Source: Candidatus Hodarchaeota archaeon (GTDB lineage: Archaea; Asgardarchaeota; Heimdallarchaeia; Hodarchaeales; Hodarchaeaceae). From it: a stretch of 35,839 nucleotides of DNA. Within the stretch, counting starts at the first letter, position 1; every line of letters starts with the position of its first letter. Below are positions 8,168 to 16,583 of the stretch, piece after piece. Made by a program: the position numbers and the translations under genes. Under the pieces are notes generated by a model, which did not search any database, was not told where the DNA came from, and was given only the letters and a program-made list of their open reading frames with translations. Location: assembly GCA_016839815.1 (NCBI GenBank), contig JAEOTM010000071.1:1-35839 (forward strand), written 5' to 3'.

Positions 8168-8989
8168 ATGAGTACAAGTACTTCGAGACAAATGAGTACT
8201 GATGCTGATCCATGGTCCTCGGCCTGGGAATTACAGCGAAGACCGAGATATAAATCAGGTGTTCTCGCTCTCGATGCGTTGATACATGACGGTATGATGC
8301 CTGGTAGCTTGTTTCTAATACAAGGCGATGTCCCTCGGAAATTACTTCGGCAATTCGTGACTAAAATTGTTATAGGTCTGTTAACCGTGAATGATCCCTC
8401 GGAGCTAGCTTTTATTGATGGGGCTAACTTATTTCCTTATTATGAAATAGCTTCTGAAGCACGAAGAACTGGATATGATCCACTGGTAATTCTGGATCGC
8501 ATTCAGTTATCACGGGCTTTCAATTTTCATCAAATGACTGAGATCATCACCACTAGACTTCCCAAACTCCTAGAGGTAAAAAAACAGCTCAAAATTGTCT
8601 TTATACCCCAAATATCGTCATTATACCTGTCTACGGAAGCATTAGAATATTTAGAATATGCAAATCTGTCACCAGCAGAAGGGGCGCTATCTGAATTAAC
8701 ACAAGCGATTGGAACTCTGAAGAGTCTGGCTTTACAACATAACTTGATGGTCATTATGACAGCTGCTAGCGCAACGGGATCAAAGACCAAAGGTCTCGGA
8801 GGGACGTATCTCACTCATTCAGCATCTTCTGTCATTCGGATGGCCTCCTCAGCAGAAAGCTCGGCCAAAGAATACGATATTCATTTTTCCCTGCAAAAAG
8901 ATCCAGCCCGGCCAGTAATTCAGCTGACGCACTCACATAGGCAAAAAAAACCATCTACTAGTCAAACATTACTGAATCGTTATTGGTGA
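8168..8989 (+). CDS. Catalytically inactive RadA/RecA-fold protein (ImuA-like partner of PolB2)
   Basis: RadA-like blocks SGVLALDALIHDG, FIDGANLF, LDRIQLSRAFNFHQM and GGTYLTHSAS. Walker A is replaced (QGDVPRKLL) and the Walker B Asp is lost (IVFIPQI). N-terminal WSSA; C-terminal QTLLNRYW. Confidence 0.85.
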   Translation: MSTSTSRQMSTDADPWSSAWELQRRPRYKSGVLALDALIHDGMMPGSLFLIQGDVPRKLLRQFVTKIVIGLLTVNDPSELAFIDGANLFPYYEIASEARRTGYDPLVILDRIQLSRAFNFHQMTEIITTRLPKLLEVKKQLKIVFIPQISSLYLSTEALEYLEYANLSPAEGALSELTQAIGTLKSLALQHNLMVIMTAASATGSKTKGLGGTYLTHSASSVIRMASSAESSAKEYDIHFSLQKDPARPVIQLTHSHRQKKPSTSQTLLNRYW

Positions 8990-8993
8990 TAAT

Positions 8994-9278
8994 ATGGGAC
9001 GAACCTTACCTTCCTATCGAATGGTGTTGGAACATGAACGTGACCTCTGGATAAAGCATTTTGCGAAACGATTACGAGAACCTTATCGTACAAGCTTTGA
9101 CTATCTTTGGGAGAAGGCATTTCAGTTAGCGGATGCCTCCTCGGCCAATACACGACCAGTTGCTCTAGACAACATTCTCATGAGTATGGTAGTGGCTCAA
9201 CAGGCAGAAATTCAGCTTTTGCAAAAAGATCTCAAGGTTTTGCAGAAACAAGTGAATGACAATAGTGAGTTGCTCTGA
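8994..9278 (+). CDS. Small helical PolB2-associated protein (arCOG07300-like)
   Basis: MGRTLPSYR N-terminus typical of the small gene found directly upstream of archaeal polB2; C-terminal coiled coil; 4-5 nt gaps to both neighbours; SD GGTGA overlaps the upstream stop. Confidence 0.8.
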   Translation: MGRTLPSYRMVLEHERDLWIKHFAKRLREPYRTSFDYLWEKAFQLADASSANTRPVALDNILMSMVVAQQAEIQLLQKDLKVLQKQVNDNSELL

Positions 9279-9283
9279 TTATA

Positions 9284-11518
9284 ATGGTTACCCAACGTGC
9301 ATGGCTACATGATGTAGCAGCTGCAAATTGGGGCGTACACACCTATTGGATTACATCAAAAGGAGGAATTAAGGCTTATTATCCAATGACAGTTGAGTTT
9401 TTCCTGGCAAAAACCGATCAAGAAACCCAAAAGCGTGTGTTAAGCCATCCCGAAGTCGAGGCAGTCGAAGAAATCTCTAAGTATGTGTCAATCCACGATT
9501 GGCAACCAAGTCCTGTTCTTCGAGTACGAGTGAATCCCACCAAGATACGAACAACCTTTGAGGATTTACGTAAATATTGGGGCAAATACCTCTATAATGC
9601 TGATCTCAGTATTTATCAGCAGTTTAGTTTTCAAACAGGACTTTTCCCCTATGTCTACGCGAAAATTAATGTAAAAAATGGACGCTTACAAGAGAACTGG
9701 AAGCTTCTCGAGCATTATCTACAGGCTGACTATCGCGTTGTTCCTTTCCGTACCCTTTGGATGCAACCATTCTTTGAAGAGCAAAATTTCGCACGAGGGG
9801 CGATTCAGGAAATACATATGCGACATTCCCTGGCAGATGAAGGAGAGGGGCCAATAATATTTGTAGAAGATACAGAAGCAGAGACTATACGGGAAAGTAT
9901 GATGTATCTCAACAAGTTTGATCCAGATATCTTGTTTACATCTGGTGGGGACACCTTTTTTCCGATATTGGCCCAACGAGCAACAGATCTGGGAATAGGA
10001 TATTTACATCCAGGCAGAGGAAGACGTAGACTGTATAGCTATATCAGAAAAAACTCTCAACCCCGTGGCCATAGTTACCAGTCGTATGGAAGAGTGTATT
10101 TTTCCCAACACGGAGTCTATTTTGACGGTGGACGTCATCATTATGATGTTGGAAATTCGTTCATGTGGAAAGAAGGAAATATTGATGGAATCCATGAACT
10201 TGTCCGGTTAGGGTGCTCTGACCCGCAACGAATTGCTCGAGCTACAATTGGTACCGCATTAACCGCTGTGCAGATGCGGACAGCTTATCGACGAAATATT
10301 CTGATTCCAGCAAGAAAAGCTGACAGTGAAGACTTTCGACCTGGTTCAACGATGATGAGCGATGTAGGAGGACTGGTATTTTCCCCTCAGGTAGGTTTCC
10401 ACCAGAACCTCGTAGAACTCGATTTTTTGTCCATGTATCCCTCAATCATGACATATCGAAACGTTAGTCCTGATACAATCAATTGTGGGTGCTGTAAGCA
10501 TGACCAACGGCAATTTGTCCCTGGAACGGATCACTATATTTGTACCCAACGACCAGGTTTGATTAGTCTAGCTTTAAAAAATGTTCTTGATAGAAGAGCT
10601 TATTTTAAAAGTAAACGGAACATTAAATCTTATGATCGTCGTCAGAAAGTCCTTAAATGGCTACTTGTATGCTCATTTGGATATCAAGGTTACCGTAATT
10701 CCCGTTTCGGACGTATTGAAGCACATGAGGCTATTTCTGCCTATGGTAGAGAGGCTTTAACTCGTACCAATCAAGTTGCTACTGAATTTGGACTTGAGGT
10801 AGTAGCTGGGATTGTAGATTCGATTTGGTTAAAAAATCCCAATAATACGCCTATTGAACAGTCGATTATCGATAAAATCTGCCAAAAAATTCAAGAAGAG
10901 GTAAAACTTCCGATCGAACATGCTACCAATTATCATTGGATTGTATTTCTTCCTAGAAGGCACGAAAAATCGATAGGTGTACTCAATCGCTATTACGGAT
11001 TGAAAACTACTGGTTCTTACAAGATTCGAGGCATTGAAATTCGTCAATCTAGTAGTCCATTATTTGTCAAAAAACTTCAGCGCCAGCTCTTGAAGATCCT
11101 GTCCACAGCACGTACACCAGAACAGTTTGAAGAGTGCGCTCATAAAGCCAAGAGAGTGATGCGCAAGTACTTAGCTGATTTGAAGGCAGGAAACATTCCG
11201 TTGAGCGATCTTTTAGTAACTATTCGTCCCTCACGAGGTCCAGATGAATATGTGAGTAATACACGCCAAGCTATCGCAGCTCGTCAATTGAAGACGGCAG
11301 GAGTGAAAGTGGAAGCAGGAATCAAACTCAGCTATCTCATTCTTGATGCTTATGCCTCTGATCCGACCAAGCGAGTGAAAGTCACTCAGCTCTTGACGGG
11401 TAAAGAGCAGTATGACTACCAGGAATATCGCAAGCTGTGTATTCGTGCCTATGAGGGATTAATCCCTCCGGAAATGGAGCAAAAAAGATTGACAATAGAT
11501 GAGTATCTTCTGGCATAG
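9284..11518 (+). CDS. polB2: Family B DNA polymerase, PolB2 (Dpo2) group
   Basis: Motif A DFLSMYPSIM, motif B KWLLVCSFGY, motif C AGIVDS (the first Asp of YGDTDS is lost, diagnostic of PolB2), KIRGIEIR; exonuclease motifs degenerate; operon context with dead RadA and the small protein. Confidence 0.92.
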   Translation: MVTQRAWLHDVAAANWGVHTYWITSKGGIKAYYPMTVEFFLAKTDQETQKRVLSHPEVEAVEEISKYVSIHDWQPSPVLRVRVNPTKIRTTFEDLRKYWGKYLYNADLSIYQQFSFQTGLFPYVYAKINVKNGRLQENWKLLEHYLQADYRVVPFRTLWMQPFFEEQNFARGAIQEIHMRHSLADEGEGPIIFVEDTEAETIRESMMYLNKFDPDILFTSGGDTFFPILAQRATDLGIGYLHPGRGRRRLYSYIRKNSQPRGHSYQSYGRVYFSQHGVYFDGGRHHYDVGNSFMWKEGNIDGIHELVRLGCSDPQRIARATIGTALTAVQMRTAYRRNILIPARKADSEDFRPGSTMMSDVGGLVFSPQVGFHQNLVELDFLSMYPSIMTYRNVSPDTINCGCCKHDQRQFVPGTDHYICTQRPGLISLALKNVLDRRAYFKSKRNIKSYDRRQKVLKWLLVCSFGYQGYRNSRFGRIEAHEAISAYGREALTRTNQVATEFGLEVVAGIVDSIWLKNPNNTPIEQSIIDKICQKIQEEVKLPIEHATNYHWIVFLPRRHEKSIGVLNRYYGLKTTGSYKIRGIEIRQSSSPLFVKKLQRQLLKILSTARTPEQFEECAHKAKRVMRKYLADLKAGNIPLSDLLVTIRPSRGPDEYVSNTRQAIAARQLKTAGVKVEAGIKLSYLILDAYASDPTKRVKVTQLLTGKEQYDYQEYRKLCIRAYEGLIPPEMEQKRLTIDEYLLA

Positions 11519-11525
11519 TATCTTT

Positions 11526-11539
11526 GAAAAGTATTTATA
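11526..11539 (+). promoter_or_regulatory. Archaeal BRE/TATA promoter for the ADP-ribosylglycohydrolase gene
   Basis: GAAAAG purine run followed by TTTATA (11534-11539), about 40 nt before ATG 11579. Confidence 0.5.
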
Positions 11540-11578
11540 GGGGAATTATTTCTCTCTACTTCCTTCAGGGTTATTTTC

Positions 11579-12589
11579 ATGAAGCCGACTCTTTCTCAAT
11601 TCCAAGGATGTCTCGTTGGCCAATGTCTTGGAGATGCATTAGGATTTCCAGTTGAAGGACATGGCCCCGAAACCTGTGCAAAATATGTTCAGGAGAATAT
11701 TCAGCATACTCCTGATAAGATGTTAGGACGAGCGCACTTTCCTTTTGGCCAGTATACTGATGATTCACAATTAGCACGTGAGCTCATCCAAAGCTATATT
11801 ACCAGTAATGGCCAGTTTCATCCCGAGGAGTATGCAACACGAATAGCTGCTATTTTTGCAGATAATCGTATAGTTGGAAGGGGTTTAGCTACTCATCAAG
11901 CGGCTGAAAATCTCATACATGGTGTTTCGTGGAAGGAGTCAGGTATTCCTGCTCCAAATGCGGGGAATGGGAGCGCAATGCGCGCTGCCCCTATTGGGAT
12001 GTTTTTTTTTGATAATATAGACCTTCTTACCAGACATGCGGTTGATCAAGGTCGAATTACACATACTGATCCTCGTTGTCATGCGGGTGCAATGGCAATT
12101 GCTGGAGCTGTGGCTCTTGCATTCCGCGAAGAGGAAATAATTCCTTCTACATTCCTACCTACATTAGTTGATTATGTAAAACCAATTGATAGTACTTTTT
12201 CCCGCGGACTTGAAAAAATGGAAATATGGTTGGATTGGGATATCAAAGCAGCAGTAAAAGTAATCGGTCCATATGGTCGAAAAACAGGATACGAAGAGAG
12301 TTATACTTGGCGGAATATCTCACCTTACGTTATTAGTAGTGTTTTATGGAGTCTGTACGCGTTTTTAAAAACCCCCGAATCTTATACAGAAGCAATTATC
12401 ACCTCTATTATTGTGGGAGGTGATGTTGATACAACAGCCGCCATGACTGGGGCAATCAGTGGAGCATACCTAGGAATTGATATGATTCCTAAAGAAATGG
12501 CACATCAATTGACAGACCAAGGTACATGGGGGTTTGAAGACTTAATGGAGCTTGCTAAAAAGTGTTATGCGATAAAAATGGGGAATTGA
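11579..12589 (+). CDS. ADP-ribosylglycohydrolase (DraG/ARH family)
   Basis: GDALGFPVE, YTDDSQ, GNGSAMRAAPIG, THxDP and GGDVDTTAAMTGAISGA motifs. Confidence 0.93.
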   Translation: MKPTLSQFQGCLVGQCLGDALGFPVEGHGPETCAKYVQENIQHTPDKMLGRAHFPFGQYTDDSQLARELIQSYITSNGQFHPEEYATRIAAIFADNRIVGRGLATHQAAENLIHGVSWKESGIPAPNAGNGSAMRAAPIGMFFFDNIDLLTRHAVDQGRITHTDPRCHAGAMAIAGAVALAFREEEIIPSTFLPTLVDYVKPIDSTFSRGLEKMEIWLDWDIKAAVKVIGPYGRKTGYEESYTWRNISPYVISSVLWSLYAFLKTPESYTEAIITSIIVGGDVDTTAAMTGAISGAYLGIDMIPKEMAHQLTDQGTWGFEDLMELAKKCYAIKMGN

Positions 12590-12607
12590 ATTGCGTTTAG
12601 ATATTCC

Positions 12608-13471
12608 CTATTCAATTTCTTTACGATAGAATACAGATTTACTCCGCTTAGAAAAGCCAAACCTCTCCATTGTTTCAATAATGGAATCATCTTCTTCTAA
12701 AGTTATACTTACATGCTTCTGATGACGATTTTGAAGCTCTTCTAAAGTAATCTGAATAATGTTGTCAGTAGACGTGGAATAGTCCTCATCCACCACAATA
12801 AGATTCATTTCGGAATACCCTGTATCTTCACGGTTTGTCACTGCAGCTAAACTGATTACTTGACGGTCATCATGTAAGGAAATAATTAGATCAAAATCGA
12901 TATCTCTATAGAAATTAGTGAGTTCAGAGAGATTATCTTTAGCATACCTAGAATCTTTTGAGGCAAGGTTAATGAGAATGTCATTTGGAAGAGTAGAATG
13001 AATTTTTGTTGTGAATTTAGTCTTTATTGGGTCTATAGGAGAGTCGAGGTTGCGGATATAAATTGGATAACCAAACGCATAATTAAATCCTTTATTTAGA
13101 AAAAAATTAATCTGTGTGTTCCATTCTTCTCTGAAACGCTGAAGAAAACTTGTACCGTTCAACGGTCCTACAGCTAGATCATAGATTCTCTGATAAAGTT
13201 CTTCTTGAACTTCTCCTTCAAAGCTTTTTCGAACCCAAGGGTATCCAAATGGGATAAATGTTTCATGTTTGATACAACTCATGTAACCAATCAAGGTATC
13301 CTTCTCAAATGCAAATACTTTGGTTCTGGGGTCAAAAATTGGCTTTTGAGCGAAATGTAATTGACTTTTATTTGGCTTCCAAGCCCAAGGTAACTCCTTT
13401 GTCACTTCCATCCAAAAATCTCGTTGTAATTCTAAATCCTCCATTTCTTGGTAATTTCGATAGGTGACCAT
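12608..13471 (-). CDS. Tandem GNAT-fold acetyltransferase-like protein
   Basis: Two GNAT-like halves, each ending in a Fx/ExxGF-type element (FFLNKGF, MERFGF); ATG 13471 follows SD GGAGAG (ORF track start 13522). Confidence 0.6.
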   Translation of the reverse strand: MVTYRNYQEMEDLELQRDFWMEVTKELPWAWKPNKSQLHFAQKPIFDPRTKVFAFEKDTLIGYMSCIKHETFIPFGYPWVRKSFEGEVQEELYQRIYDLAVGPLNGTSFLQRFREEWNTQINFFLNKGFNYAFGYPIYIRNLDSPIDPIKTKFTTKIHSTLPNDILINLASKDSRYAKDNLSELTNFYRDIDFDLIISLHDDRQVISLAAVTNREDTGYSEMNLIVVDEDYSTSTDNIIQITLEELQNRHQKHVSITLEEDDSIIETMERFGFSKRSKSVFYRKEIE

Positions 13472-13653
13472 AAATAACTCTCCAATTAATGACTGTGGTA
13501 ATAGAAAATATTCCTTTTTCACCTTAATTATTTGTTTGTTCCTAAATCAGAACAGAAAAATTTTCTCTGTTCTAATGTGTATTAATATGAATTAGGTTGT
13601 TCTGTAAAAGAAATAGAAGTAAAACAATTTTGTATACAGATGTGTTGAGTAAA

Positions 13654-14919
13654 ATGGTTTTAAATAAGTTATCGCTAATGAAAATGTCTTCATTCTTTGT
13701 AGGTTTGTTTTTTCTCATCATACTTCTACTTCCACAAGTAGCTCTAGCTACAACAGGTGAAGATATTCCGATTGACTCTGAATATGCGTCAGGGGTTATT
13801 ACACAACCAGGTAGAACCATGAAAATGTCCTATGCATGGGTAAATTCCAATTCTTCAGAATTTCTATCAATTACGATGTTTGACGATATCTACAAAGTAG
13901 CACTATTCCGTCCATTTTTTGGTCAAGCATACAACGTAGACAATAGTGAATTCTTTGTGGGGACAATGCTAACGGGGTTTGAATTATTTCAAGATAGTAA
14001 TGGTAATAACGTTTTAGACCTAGCAGAGGAACTCAAATACTATATCATGCTGAATGCCTCTCAAGAATATATATTACCAGTCATAGAAAAGACAGTCGGT
14101 GACGTGACCCAGTATTCGTGGAAAGTATGTTATTTAGAGATTGATGGATTTTTTAATCCGTATGAAGGACCTTATATGGCAAGAACGATCATCGAAAGCG
14201 TCAATCTTTCATACATCTTTGAAGTTCATGAGAACCATACTGAATTGAAGTTAGCAATTGAAATGGGTGAATGGGATGCCTATGAATTTGATTTTGATAT
14301 GAACACTGGTCAGCTGATAAGACTAGACGATGTAAATCTCGAGGAGTATAGTCTTTCTCTATTATTTGGTACAACAGTAAGCAGTGAAGAACCTTTTACA
14401 ATGACTATGTATAATGGGTCTACAGGTTTGGAAGATTTGCGTGTAGAAGTTAATGGTGTACCGATTTTCCAGTCATTATTTCAAGATACATATGATCTTG
14501 GATTGAATGGTTCTGCATTCCAAGCAACCACTACTCCTGCAAATGTAGAGACGCTGTACGATGATCAATTACAGTTCTGGGGAACTCCTGCTTCATTTTA
14601 CGATTGGTGGCAAAGCTGGTTCCCATCTATGAGTAATTTAAGCGTCCCTGCTGTTGGACTGGAAGAAGCATCTTTCCTATATAGAATTTGCTATCCAATA
14701 TGGGGTGGAGAACCCTTCAATCATGATCCTCGATATCGTGCATTATTTGATGGAGAATTGAACCTTCCTCCAACAACAACAGAGCCTACCTCAAATCCTC
14801 CCGAAACTAGCACAACGAATACGACGACAACAATCGGAATAACATCGCTAGAAATATCAGCAGTTTTGATGAGTATTTTCCTAATAACTATCCCCTTGAG
14901 TAGAAAACGCAGGAACTAA
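13654..14919 (+). CDS. Secreted, C-terminally anchored acidic surface protein of unknown function
   Basis: Signal peptide ending VALA; DSNGNNVLD Ca-loop-like motif; HDP near the end of the globular domain; Pro/Thr-rich linker; ITS + TM + RKRR tail. The exact start among several Met codons is uncertain. Confidence 0.7.
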   Translation: MVLNKLSLMKMSSFFVGLFFLIILLLPQVALATTGEDIPIDSEYASGVITQPGRTMKMSYAWVNSNSSEFLSITMFDDIYKVALFRPFFGQAYNVDNSEFFVGTMLTGFELFQDSNGNNVLDLAEELKYYIMLNASQEYILPVIEKTVGDVTQYSWKVCYLEIDGFFNPYEGPYMARTIIESVNLSYIFEVHENHTELKLAIEMGEWDAYEFDFDMNTGQLIRLDDVNLEEYSLSLLFGTTVSSEEPFTMTMYNGSTGLEDLRVEVNGVPIFQSLFQDTYDLGLNGSAFQATTTPANVETLYDDQLQFWGTPASFYDWWQSWFPSMSNLSVPAVGLEEASFLYRICYPIWGGEPFNHDPRYRALFDGELNLPPTTTEPTSNPPETSTTNTTTTIGITSLEISAVLMSIFLITIPLSRKRRN

Positions 14920-14928
14920 TAATTCCTG
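14910..14928. terminator. Short hairpin between convergent genes, followed by T-runs on + strand
   Basis: CAGGAA-N7-TTCCTG spans the 14919 stop and is followed by TTTCATTTTTTACTTTTTTTT. Confidence 0.35.
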
Positions 14929-14930
14929 TT

Positions 14931-16454
14931 TCATTTTTTACTTTTTTTTCTTACATAAAATAAATATTCATCCTTGCCCTCAATAAGTTCTAATTCATCA
15001 TCTTTAGCAAGATTCAATTTTGATAAAAACTCCTTGGGGATAACGAGCTTATTATCAAGTAGTTTAGAACCAATCTTGTCCACTCCTTTAAATGATGGAG
15101 CAGGAACACCCCGAATTCGACTTCTTACCTGTTCCTGAATTTTTACTGTATTTTGAACAGCTTCAACTAGTTTCTGATCTAGCTCATCAATGCTCTTAAA
15201 ACCTAAGAAAGTTGCGAACTCTTCTCTGGAGAGTTGAATTAATTGCTCTTGTAGTTTTTCCCAATCCTCGATAGATATTCGGTGGACAGTACTTCCTTCT
15301 AAATGCAATGATGTCTCTGATTTAACAACCTTTTTTTCTGTTTTCTGTTTCTGAACAGTCATGGTAAATCGACGTTCAGTTCGAATTCCAGATCGTTTTT
15401 TAACACCTTTCATCATGCCTTGACGATTAAGATGAAATAGAAATACCCCAGTTGAGTCTTGTAATTCGTTTGAAAAGGGAAAGTGCAGAATGACATCATC
15501 AGGATAGAGAGTAGCAACTTCACGTGACTTTTGTATAGTGATTTCTTTAGGAACGCGAAATGCCTTATCAAACTGCTGAAGCTGGTCTAGGGAACTCATA
15601 CCGACAACTTCGTCAATTACTTTGGGTATAACTCGTTGACCCTCCTTTGCTCTAGATTCAATGACTCCACTCGACAAGGTAAGCTTTGTAATGGACGTCC
15701 CAAGCGATATTATTCCTACAAATATGGCTGCAAAAATTAAGGAGAGTGTAAATATATTTAATTCCATTTGACCTAGAATAATAAAAATAAACGGTAAAAG
15801 AATCCATTTAAAGGCCTGTTTCAAACCCGCAAGTAAAGTACCAACTAATTTCAAGGGATTTAGAATCAAATCAACATAATTAACAGTAATTTGTCTTCCA
15901 TAAAAGAGAATTAACTCAAAATATCCAATGACTAGAAAGCAGATAACAGCGATTTCAGTGAGGAAGTTTAACTCGCGTAAACTAACTAAGAACAGGAAAA
16001 GAATGGATAATTTCCAGAGATTTAGAACCAGATTACTAAGATGAGGGGGAAGCCCCAAAACCAGCTCTTGAGTCACTTTTCGAGGTGTGATCACGAACCA
16101 CGAAACAAAAGTTAATGCAAGGAGGAGAACCATTACTTCATTTAATGAAAGTTGTAGTGACTGTATTAATACATCCTTTTCATGATAAATGAAATAAGCA
16201 AGCATCCATGTTACAAGGTATCCGAAAATTCCTCCTTCATTGTCCATTTGCCGATTTTTCCTGGCTTGGACACGAACGGTTAGCATAAGAAGAAAATTCA
16301 AAGCCCCAAGTGCTAAAAATAGGTTTGGATCTTCTTGGAGAATACTGATCATAATCCAAGCAAGCGCAAACAGTACACCTAATCCAGTTAATCGTGAGGG
16401 TCGAATATTTGAGGGATCTTGCCATGAAAAAGACTTATCAGACATAAAATTCAC
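14931..16454 (-). CDS. Polytopic membrane protein with cytoplasmic C-terminal region ending in an AbrB/SpoVT-like domain
   Basis: About 8 hydrophobic helices in the first 260 aa. The C-terminus KLVIPKEFLSKLNLAKDDELEL matches the AbrB pattern (R/K)xxIPKExxxxLxLxxGDxLE. Confidence 0.65.
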   Translation of the reverse strand: MNFMSDKSFSWQDPSNIRPSRLTGLGVLFALAWIMISILQEDPNLFLALGALNFLLMLTVRVQARKNRQMDNEGGIFGYLVTWMLAYFIYHEKDVLIQSLQLSLNEVMVLLLALTFVSWFVITPRKVTQELVLGLPPHLSNLVLNLWKLSILFLFLVSLRELNFLTEIAVICFLVIGYFELILFYGRQITVNYVDLILNPLKLVGTLLAGLKQAFKWILLPFIFIILGQMELNIFTLSLIFAAIFVGIISLGTSITKLTLSSGVIESRAKEGQRVIPKVIDEVVGMSSLDQLQQFDKAFRVPKEITIQKSREVATLYPDDVILHFPFSNELQDSTGVFLFHLNRQGMMKGVKKRSGIRTERRFTMTVQKQKTEKKVVKSETSLHLEGSTVHRISIEDWEKLQEQLIQLSREEFATFLGFKSIDELDQKLVEAVQNTVKIQEQVRSRIRGVPAPSFKGVDKIGSKLLDNKLVIPKEFLSKLNLAKDDELELIEGKDEYLFYVRKKSKK

Positions 16455-16583
16455 TATTAGTTTTCCCTTGTAAGCGTAATTAAGATTAATGATGGGATTA
16501 GAGGTACAACTTCTATTATCGAAAGAAGACTAAAGCAACTCGAAGAGCAGTTTTTTTAAGGTTTAGAAAACGAGTGATCCTGA

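Noticed and set aside
5729-11518. PolB as a sign of a casposon, provirus or other self-synthesising element
   Set aside because: Motifs and neighbours identify cellular PolB2, not protein-primed PolB; no Cas1/integrase, capsid genes or terminal inverted repeats seen.
14761-14838. ACA/ACG-rich low-complexity runs (also about 7020-7095 and 23725-23820)
   Set aside because: These encode Thr/Pro-rich linkers of surface proteins; not DNA repeats or contingency loci.
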